Shown: piece after piece, positions 57,362-64,000 of the stretch
How the letters are laid out: each line of letters begins with the position of its first letter
How positions within the stretch are numbered: the stretch's first letter is position 1
Origin: an uncultured Candidatus Saccharibacteria bacterium
GTDB lineage: Bacteria; Patescibacteriota; Saccharimonadia; Saccharimonadales; Saccharimonadaceae
Direction of reading: 5' to 3'
Assembly: GCA_938030095.1 (NCBI GenBank)
Contig: CALHGK010000010.1
Span: 71,975-135,974 of the forward strand
Length of the DNA stretch: 64,000 nucleotides
Notes under the pieces: model-generated
Database searches by the model: none
Told to the model about the DNA's origin: nothing
The model's input: the letters and a program-made list of their open reading frames with translations, nothing else
Made by a program: the position numbers and the translations under genes

Positions 57362-57802
57362 TTGACAGAAAATAAACATCCTGCTACCATGAATATGAAC
57401 AAAAATAGAACTAATGAAAATCACACAATGAAACACAAACATCATACTACCTCACCTAAAACTATTCTCGCGCAGGCGGCAGTGGCGGTCTTTAGCTTGG
57501 CTACCGCGCTGGGAGTGTTCTTGCACGATGGGCAATTTGACAAGATCACCACTGTACTCCTTACGCTTGAGCCTGCTGCACTGCATGGCCGTGGGGCACA
57601 GGGCTCGGCGGAGCTCGATAAGCTAACGGCCGACCCACACGTCCATCCGCACCATGCGTTGCTGGGGCACAAGGTAGGGCATCATGGGCAGCACCACACG
57701 CCGAGCGTGCCACCGCGCGATGATGAATATAACTATCTGGCGCACAAGCAGCGAGGGACGCGCCACGCCTTTGATAACCAATTTTTGCCAATCGTTGGCT
57801 AG
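57362..57802 (+). CDS. hypothetical His-rich small membrane-anchored protein
   Basis: 146 aa; TM ILAQAAVAVFSLATALGVFL; His-rich stretches HKHHTTSP, HVHPHHALLGHKVGHHGQHH. Confidence 0.35.
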   Translation: MTENKHPATMNMNKNRTNENHTMKHKHHTTSPKTILAQAAVAVFSLATALGVFLHDGQFDKITTVLLTLEPAALHGRGAQGSAELDKLTADPHVHPHHALLGHKVGHHGQHHTPSVPPRDDEYNYLAHKQRGTRHAFDNQFLPIVG

Positions 57803-58258
57803 TTATTGATGATGGTACGGATGCCCAGCGGCAATCTGCTGCGCCCGGTAGAGCTGCTCGACCAAGATGAGCCGCACCAACTGATGAGGGAATACTAGGC
57901 GAGACAGCGACCACACCAGGTTGGCGCGCTCCATCACCGCCTCCGTCACACCATATGCTCCACCAATGATAAGCATGAGTGGCTTACCCTGGGCCATTGG
58001 CTGGTGTAGGCTGCGCGAGAGGGCAGGGGAGTCGAGCATTGTGCCGCGCTCATCTAACAGGACGACGTATGCTTGGGGCGAAAGCGCCCGTAGAATCTGC
58101 TGCGACTCCTCACGGCGTGCCGCATCGCCACTGTGCGAGCTAGTGGGGAGGAGCTTCCACTGCAGCTGCCAAGCGCGGGTCATGCGCCGCTCGTAGCGTG
58201 CAATGCCATCAGCCAGCCAGGGCTCGTGCCGCTTGCCAATGGCGATGATGGTGATCAC
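57803..58258 (-). CDS. rlmH: 23S rRNA (pseudouridine1915-N3)-methyltransferase RlmH (SPOUT)
   Basis: 151 aa; MITIIAIGKRHEPWLADGIARYERRM...LLDERG...LIIGGAYG. Confidence 0.8.
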   Translation of the reverse strand: MITIIAIGKRHEPWLADGIARYERRMTRAWQLQWKLLPTSSHSGDAARREESQQILRALSPQAYVVLLDERGTMLDSPALSRSLHQPMAQGKPLMLIIGGAYGVTEAVMERANLVWSLSRLVFPHQLVRLILVEQLYRAQQIAAGHPYHHQ

Positions 58259-58680
58259 GCGCTGGCGTCTCCGCCACTGCTGGGTACTGCTGCAGCAAGG
58301 CGCTGAGCAGTGGTAGATAGGTGAGCATTGCTAGTATCAGTTGGGTAGCCATGATGGAGCTGCAACACCTCGCGGTCATACAGTGGTACAAGATGAATAT
58401 GAGCGTGCGGCACATCGAAGCCTTCCACCACCACGCCGACTCGCTCAGGCTTGAGCTCCGCCTCCATCGCGTGAGCAATCCGCTGCGCTACCGCCCAGAG
58501 GTGCTGATACACCTCAGTGGGGAGCGCCCACAGCGAGTTAATCTGCTGCTTGGGTACCACCAGCACGTGGCCATTACTCAGCGGGTTGATATCGAGAAAG
58601 GCAATCGCCTGCTCATCCTCATACACTGTGTGGCTTGGTATTTCACCTTTGATAATCTTAGTAAATATAGAATCCTGCAT
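58255..58680 (-). CDS. HIT-family hydrolase (histidine triad)
   Basis: ORF to 58833, but start MQDSIFTKIIKGEIP at 58680 avoids overlapping tRNA-Ser; HIT motif VPHAHIHLVP. Confidence 0.75.
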   Translation of the reverse strand: MQDSIFTKIIKGEIPSHTVYEDEQAIAFLDINPLSNGHVLVVPKQQINSLWALPTEVYQHLWAVAQRIAHAMEAELKPERVGVVVEGFDVPHAHIHLVPLYDREVLQLHHGYPTDTSNAHLSTTAQRLAAAVPSSGGDASA

Positions 58681-58779
58681 GGCTCTAGTATACGCGAAGG
58701 TGGGGCAGGAGCTCAAGGATATCCGCTGCGCGATATTTTCGTTCGGCAGCGCATCTGTTATAATGAAGGCAGACCACAC

Positions 58780-58867
58780 GGAGAGGTGCAGGAGTGGTTG
58801 AACTGGCCGCTCTCGAAAAGCGGTAAGCCGCAAGGCTTCGAGGGTTCGAATCCCTCTCTCTCCGCCA
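58780..58867 (+). tRNA. tRNA-Ser (anticodon CGA), type II
   Basis: GGAGAGG acceptor; anticodon stem-loop CCGCT-CTCGAAA-AGCGG; variable arm TAAGCCGCAAGGCTTCG; T-arm GAGGG-TTCGAAT-CCCTC; encoded CCA; TATAAT at 58759-58764. Confidence 0.85.
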
Positions 58868-59059
58868 TGTTTTTGATACTGTTAATCTGCAGGCTGGTGA
58901 TGCTTGCAGATTTTTTATTACGAAAAACATGTGATTACTTTCGTACGCTGTGCTTGCTTTATTTCTGTTTTTTTTGCAAACTCGCTCAAGAGCAATAAAA
59001 AGCGCACACCGCGAAGTGTGCGCATATGTTTGTGTGAGAAGAGAGCCAAGCGGCACAGG

Positions 59060-59488
59060 CTAGGTGGTCGAAGCGCCGGTGTTGCTGCTGTTGGTCGTGG
59101 TGTTGATGTTGCCACCGGGGATGATGGTGTTGATAACAAAGTTCACCGCGGCGTAGGCGAGTAGCGCCACCACAACACCAACGAGGGCGTACATAATCGT
59201 ATTCTTCGCACCCTGCACCTGCGATGAATTACCACCAGAGACGACATAGCGGATACCACCAAAGATGATCATAATGACCGCGATAGCACCAACGAGGAAG
59301 AGCATGATGTTGCTTACCCGTGTGAAGATACCGGCGTCACCAAAGAGGTCGGCTGGCTGGTCTTTGCCCCGTGAGCGGCTCGCACCGTCTGACACGCCAC
59401 CGATTGCAGCGCTGGGCGGTGCAGCAGCAATTATCCCACCCCCGATGAGGGCGAGTGCACTGATAGATAGTAGACATTTTTTTAGCAT
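59060..59488 (-). CDS. small secreted two-helix membrane protein, VirB2/TrbC-pilin-like topology
   Basis: ORF to 59599; preferred start MLKKCLLSISALALIGGGIIAAAPPSAAIGG (signal peptide); two hydrophobic helices NIMLFLVGAIAVIMIIFGGI and IMYALVGVVVALLAYAAVNFVI; Asn/Thr/Ser-rich tail. Confidence 0.4.
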   Translation of the reverse strand: MLKKCLLSISALALIGGGIIAAAPPSAAIGGVSDGASRSRGKDQPADLFGDAGIFTRVSNIMLFLVGAIAVIMIIFGGIRYVVSGGNSSQVQGAKNTIMYALVGVVVALLAYAAVNFVINTIIPGGNINTTTNSSNTGASTT

Positions 59489-59837
59489 AATAAACTTAGC
59501 TCCTTTTATCTTGTAATTATACGATATGGCGATTTTTTTGTCGAGAGGAAAGCGGCGAAATTTCTCAGTTTGCAGTGCTGCGGTGGCTCGCTCCTTCATC
59601 TCTTTTGCTAGTATGATGCTGTTTTGAGCTTCAGCGTGAGGAATTGGTATGTTAGCGAGATGACGCCCACCCCTTCCTTATTTACATTACTTGATAAAAG
59701 GAAGGGGGACGCAGGAAATATATGGCCCACGACATTACGGCGAAGTAGAGATAAAATTGCACCTCACGAATGTCTAGCGCAATCGCCTGACCTATGCTAC
59801 AATAGCCAGTGCACGTTGGTGCACAATCCGACACGCT

Positions 59838-59930
59838 GGAGGAGTACCCAAGTGGCTGAAGGGGACGGTTTGCTAAATCGTTAGTACGGGGAGACCTGTA
59901 GCGGGAGTTCGAATCTCCCCTCCTCCGCCA
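59838..59930 (+). tRNA. tRNA-Ser (anticodon GCT), type II
   Basis: GGAGGAG acceptor; anticodon stem-loop ACGGT-TTGCTAA-ATCGT; long variable arm; T-arm GGGAG-TTCGAAT-CTCCC; CTCCTCC-G-CCA. Confidence 0.8.
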
Positions 59931-60387
59931 GGATTGTTTGGGCTATGGCTATTGGCTCGGTGCTTTATGACGAAAACAGCCGCACAGTAGCATCCACAGC
60001 TCAAGAATGACAAGCCAAAACAGACGAATGCTGAGGTTGCTTAGCAATCTATAGTTTTAACATAAAACGCAGCACAACGAGAGATAAACGAATCATTGTA
60101 GATATTACAATGATATTTTTATTTGTGCCAAAAATAGCCAAATAGGTAATGATAGCAATATATGCGAAGTATCAGAAATGTCAAGAGCACTATCTGGGGT
60201 ATGATCTATGTATGTACGATATACGGGCAAGACTGGCGAGAGGGGCGAAGTATGGGTGTCGGGTGGAGCTTTGGCCCGATAATTGCGCAGGTATGCGGGT
60301 TATGGTTAATTGACCAGTGCGGCCATTATGATAGAATAGTCTTTGTAACGTAAATCTAACGCCAACCGACAAGGGGAGGAAAGAGCA

Positions 60388-63255
60388 GTGAAGATTAGAC
60401 GTCAAAAACGTGGGATCGTCATGCGCATCGCATCGGTTGTGGCTGTGAGTGGGCTCGCTATAGGCGGGCTTTTTTATGGTCTCAACTCGGTGAACGCAGC
60501 CGGTCTGAATAAAAACTATAGTTATATTAAGGCAAACTATGCTGTGCCAAATAGCAACGTAGCCTGGGTGTCGCCCAACGGGGATGACAACAAGGGTAAC
60601 GGAAGCGAGTCGGCACCGTACAAGAGCTTTGGCCGCGCCGTCACGAAGATTAGCGACGGTGGAACAGTGGTGGCAAAGAGTGGTATCTACCGCGAGCCAC
60701 ACTTTTTTGTGACGAAGAGGAACGTCACCATGCAGGCAGCACCCAACGCCGAGGTATGGCTCAAGGGTAGCGACGTGGTGACCAACTGGTCGCGCGAGGG
60801 CAATATGTGGAAGGCCACTGGCAACTTCCAAAACTTCTGCCACGTCTGTACGACCAATATCAAGCCAGAAGTCGAAGGTATGGCTGCCTACCCAGAGCAG
60901 GTCTTTATTAATGACAAGCCACTGACGCAGGTGGGGAGCAAGGCTGAAGTTGGCCCAGGCAAGTTCTACGTAGAGGATGCCACGCAGACGACGCGTAGTG
61001 GTGGGCACTTCAACCCAGGCCGGCAAGACACCGTCAGTTACTACCTAGGCTCAGATCCTACGGCTGGCACAACGGAGATCTCGCAGCGCACCCGCGCCTT
61101 TACCACAACAGGCGAGAACTTCAAGCTGCAGGGTATTAACATTTCGCAGTATGCACCCAACCAAACCTGGGGCTTTAAAGACCCACAGCTAGACGACAAG
61201 GCTGGGCCGATCGCCATCTCCATCAACGGGAAAAACTCGCTGGTGCAAGATGTGATCGTGGCGCAGAACTCAAACTCGGGGCTATTCCTCGACAAAGCGT
61301 CGGGCAGTGTGGTGAAGAACAGCCAATTCCTCGATAACGGGGGTAATGGTGCTGGCGCAAACCGCATTGAGAATGCCGTGTTTGAAAACAACACCTTTAG
61401 CAACAATAACGCCGCTGGCTTTGAAACCAATGGTAGCTACTGTACCTCATGGTGTGGCATGGCCGATGTGAAGGTGACTCACGCCGAGAACTTCACCTTC
61501 CGCAACAATGTGGTGGACTACTCGAAGTCTGGCTCAACCAACTCCGACATCGCAGTGGCCAAGCGCCACCAGCTGCCAGGCTTCTGGTGTGACGAAGGGT
61601 GTATCAACACCAACATCGTCAACAACTACTTTACCAATGTGCAGATGGCGATCTTCTATGAGGTGTCGCACACTGGTATCATCGCCTCGAATATCATCGA
61701 AGGTTCGGGTTCTGGTATCTTAGTGTCGGGCAGTAGCAAGACGAAGATCTACAACAACTCTATCTCACGCACCGCCTACCCAATCCGCATCCGCGAGGAC
61801 ACCCGCAGCAGGGGTTGCAATGCCTACCAAGGCAGCACCTGTACTGCACCAGAGAGCTGGTCGCAAGCTAAGGGCCTGAGCTGGGACACAACGGGCACCG
61901 AGATGTACAACAATATCATCTCGTCGCGTGCCGCAACGGCCAAGGATGGCGACAGCCCATACTGGGCATACGGTGTCCGCACCAAGGGTGGTGCCAACAT
62001 TGGCGGGCCAAAGGTTGGTACGAATGAGATGTTTGCTGGCCTCGACTACAACGTCTACTACCGCAACGATACTAATGTCGACAAGACGGTCTTTACCTGG
62101 GACTTAGCCCAGACCGACGCACCAATCGACGTTCTCTTTAGCAAGACATCAGACATTGCTAAGGATGGTCGAGTCAGCAAAGCGATCGACGGCCTCGAGC
62201 GCAACTCGCTCGACCAAACTGGCTCACGCAGCGCCAATCCATTCTTCACCAGCGAAGCTGCGAACAACAACGACTACAACAAGAGTAACTACACCATCAA
62301 GGCTGGTAGCCCAGCTGCCAACAGCGGTAAGGAGCTACCTGCCGACGTGGCGAAGGCAATCGACCCAAGTGGCGCAACTGTGAAGGCTGGCACCAAGGTG
62401 AACCGTGGTGCACTGGTCAACGCCAACATGACCGGTGGCGAACCAAACATTAGCAGCAAGAGCAGTAGCACCCCACAACAAAATAACGCCAATGGCGCAA
62501 CGACCAACGGGCAAGCAAACCCAAAAGCGCCGGGCATGGGCAGCGCCAGTAAGGCTGACACTGCTCATGCAGCCCAAACCGCTGAGGCCGACACCAAGAG
62601 CGACAACAGCACTGTGTCGATCCCAGACGCTCACCTCAAGGCCGCAATTAACAAAAGCCTGTCTGAGACCCTTGGTGCACGCCGGGGCGCCTCACAGGAC
62701 GTGACAGCGGGTGAGATGCAAAAGCTGACTGGCTTGTCGCTCATCCTGCCTGGTGATGCAGCAGATGACCGCAAAGCCACTGACCTCACCGGCCTCGAGG
62801 CAGCAACGAACCTCGACTGGCTAGCAATCGACGGTAACAAGGTGAAGAGCCTTGCACCGCTCGCTAAGCTAACCAAGCTGACTTCGTTGACCGCTCATTC
62901 TAACCAGATTGAGTCGCTTGATCCAATCGCTGGCCTGGCAAACCTCAAGCTTGTGATGGTCTCGGGCAACCCAATTGCCTCGACCAAGCCGCTTGCTAAG
63001 CTTGCACAGCTCAAGCGAGTTGCTCTCTCGGGCAAAGATGGCTTCGTGCTGGACATTGCCGACGTCGCAGCCAGCAAGGGTAGCCTGGAGTCGCTCTCGC
63101 TCTACGACTACAGCCGCAAGACCACACTGGCCAACGGTAGCCAACTGGCAACATTTGGCAGCCTCAAGAAGCTTCGCCTCACAGGCGTTAAGCCAAGTGC
63201 TGCGGACAGCGCCGCAATTGGCTCACTCAAACTCGAAAAGCGCCGCATAGACTAG
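60388..63255 (+). CDS. secreted surface protein: right-handed parallel beta-helix (pectate-lyase/NosD-like) domain + C-terminal leucine-rich repeats (internalin-like)
   Basis: 955 aa; GTG start 10 nt after AAGGGGAGGA; signal peptide IASVVAVSGLAIGGLFYGLNSVNAAG; repetitive NNxF/NN-G beta-helix rungs (FLDNGGNGAGANRIENAVFENNTFSNNNAAGF...); LRR block LxxLxxLxxLxxSGNPI from ~62700 to 63230. Confidence 0.6.
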   Translation: MKIRRQKRGIVMRIASVVAVSGLAIGGLFYGLNSVNAAGLNKNYSYIKANYAVPNSNVAWVSPNGDDNKGNGSESAPYKSFGRAVTKISDGGTVVAKSGIYREPHFFVTKRNVTMQAAPNAEVWLKGSDVVTNWSREGNMWKATGNFQNFCHVCTTNIKPEVEGMAAYPEQVFINDKPLTQVGSKAEVGPGKFYVEDATQTTRSGGHFNPGRQDTVSYYLGSDPTAGTTEISQRTRAFTTTGENFKLQGINISQYAPNQTWGFKDPQLDDKAGPIAISINGKNSLVQDVIVAQNSNSGLFLDKASGSVVKNSQFLDNGGNGAGANRIENAVFENNTFSNNNAAGFETNGSYCTSWCGMADVKVTHAENFTFRNNVVDYSKSGSTNSDIAVAKRHQLPGFWCDEGCINTNIVNNYFTNVQMAIFYEVSHTGIIASNIIEGSGSGILVSGSSKTKIYNNSISRTAYPIRIREDTRSRGCNAYQGSTCTAPESWSQAKGLSWDTTGTEMYNNIISSRAATAKDGDSPYWAYGVRTKGGANIGGPKVGTNEMFAGLDYNVYYRNDTNVDKTVFTWDLAQTDAPIDVLFSKTSDIAKDGRVSKAIDGLERNSLDQTGSRSANPFFTSEAANNNDYNKSNYTIKAGSPAANSGKELPADVAKAIDPSGATVKAGTKVNRGALVNANMTGGEPNISSKSSSTPQQNNANGATTNGQANPKAPGMGSASKADTAHAAQTAEADTKSDNSTVSIPDAHLKAAINKSLSETLGARRGASQDVTAGEMQKLTGLSLILPGDAADDRKATDLTGLEAATNLDWLAIDGNKVKSLAPLAKLTKLTSLTAHSNQIESLDPIAGLANLKLVMVSGNPIASTKPLAKLAQLKRVALSGKDGFVLDIADVAASKGSLESLSLYDYSRKTTLANGSQLATFGSLKKLRLTGVKPSAADSAAIGSLKLEKRRID

Positions 63256-63293
63256 GCTTCCTCCCCATCAGCCAAGTCTGGTAGCGTATACAA

Positions 63294-63322
63294 AAGGCCG
63301 AGCAGAAATGCTCGGCTTTTTG
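63294..63322 (+). terminator. rho-independent terminator after beta-helix/LRR gene
   Basis: ggccgagca-gaaa-tgctcggc followed by ttttt. Confidence 0.7.
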
Positions 63323-63622
63323 GTGTGAAAATACTCCTTGGCGCACGGTGGGACGCTTCGTGGTAGGCAATATGTGACTATGTGCTATAAATCATGCCTA
63401 TGAGGAGGTGTCTCTAGTTATTCTACAGAAGCAAATGCGAGAGAAGCGATATGAGAATGGCTGAGATTTTGAGCCATAGGTATGGTGGATCCGTAATACT
63501 GCAAGGGCAAGAATTAAAACGAGACGTGGGTCTAGTATCTCTAGGTATTTGCCAAATATGTATTCTATTCTTGTGTAATAAAAAACTCAGCATGCAACAA
63601 CATACTGAGTTAGTATTCTCTA

Positions 63623-63699
63623 TGGTACACTCGGCGCGATTCGAACGCACGACCTTTGGCTCCGCAAGCCAACGCTCTATCCAGCTGAGCTACGAGTGC
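63623..63699 (-). tRNA. tRNA-Arg (anticodon read as GCG)
   Basis: Reverse complement gives GCACTCG-TA-GCTC-AGCTGGATA-GAGC-G-TTGGC-TTGCGGA-GCCAA-AGGTC-GTGCG-TTCGAAT-CGCGC-CGAGTGT-A-CCA; cloverleaf fits; anticodon loop TTGCGGA. Confidence 0.7.
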
Positions 63700-63852
63700 A
63701 TACCTGGGAAACAAATGTTGCCCAGACCAAACTATAAGGTGCACTGGATGATACCAGATCGCTTATTATTGTAGCACAGAGGTGCGCTGAGGGCAAGACG
63801 CCAAGTTAACCTAAATGAATACCTGGCCGCTTTCTTACGCTTAAGGTCTGCT

Positions 63853-64000
63853 CTAACTCCGATTACCCACTCGATCATCAATTTGCTCTAAAACACCCTT
63901 CCACCAAGCCATATTGTCTTGGGAAGCATGTACCGAATCCATAATTTCAAAACCTCGTACTGACATACCAGCTAAACCTAACTGTTGAACCAGCTGTTTA
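63853..64000 (-). CDS. 3' end of a minus-strand gene continuing beyond the window (unknown product)
   Basis: Frame open from window end to TAG (revcomp cta 63853-63855): ...GLAGMSVRGFEIMDSVHASQDNMAWWKGVLEQIDDRVGNRS*. Confidence 0.3.
   Translation of the reverse strand, partial: KQLVQQLGLAGMSVRGFEIMDSVHASQDNMAWWKGVLEQIDDRVGNRS

Noticed and set aside
60190-61026. 278-aa minus-strand ORF
   Set aside because: It is antisense to the 5' third of the beta-helix/LRR gene and overlaps that gene's signal peptide and RBS.
1-64000. CRISPR arrays, rRNA genes, IS/transposase genes, integrase next to tRNAs
   Set aside because: No regularly spaced direct repeats and no rRNA-like conserved blocks were seen. 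No ORF shows DDE-transposase or tyrosine-recombinase motifs, even though two tRNA-Ser genes and the T4SS would be typical island markers.

Overview
The window reads like a reduced-genome, Gram-positive-type bacterium, possibly a CPR/Saccharibacteria-like lineage. That is my inference from the gene content, not something the sequence proves: FemAB peptidoglycan-bridge enzymes, a Gram-positive-style minimal type IV secretion system, many ATGA/TAATG coupled genes, GTG starts, and long Pro/Gln/Ala/Lys-rich low-complexity tails on otherwise ordinary proteins.

Layout from start to end:

(1) 1-14.8 kb is a cell-wall polysaccharide locus. It contains a GT8 gene, rmlD, a Wzx-like flippase, a large DUF2142-like membrane protein, a membrane protein plus a secreted ChW-repeat protein, a 738-aa multidomain GT4, two GT2 genes and a Wzm/Wzt ABC exporter.

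(2) 15.1-20.5 kb holds sucCD, a GtrB/GtrA-type glycosylation pair, a cupin mannose-6-phosphate-isomerase-like protein and a GT4.

(3) 21.4-27.8 kb is the chromosomal replication origin. It carries jag-yidC-rnpA-rpmH on the minus strand facing dnaA-dnaN-recF on the plus strand, with DnaA-box clusters on both sides of dnaA.

(4) 27.8-41.9 kb is an eight-gene minus-strand operon. Its order matches the Gram-positive conjugative T4SS core prgH-prgI-prgJ-prgK-prgL. It encodes a VirB6-like protein, a PrgI/VirB3-like protein, VirB4, cell-wall hydrolases and a VirB8-like protein. It also carries three distinct peptidoglycan-cleaving domains (M15 peptidase, glucosaminidase, CHAP/NlpC-like) and extreme low-complexity extensions. 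It is headed by a Tat-signal secreted protein. This is the most notable system in the window.

(5) 42.3-64.0 kb holds three tRNA-Ser genes and one tRNA-Arg, and a MacB-type ABC pair whose ATPase has a ~200-aa disordered tail. It also holds murE with a Lys-rich tail, tsaD, two convergent femAB-family genes, valS behind a 724-bp leader carrying repeated TTCACGTGAA palindromes, rlmH and a HIT protein. It also contains a VirB2/pilin-like small protein and a 955-aa secreted beta-helix plus leucine-rich-repeat (internalin-like) surface protein.

No CRISPR array, rRNA or recognisable transposase was seen.
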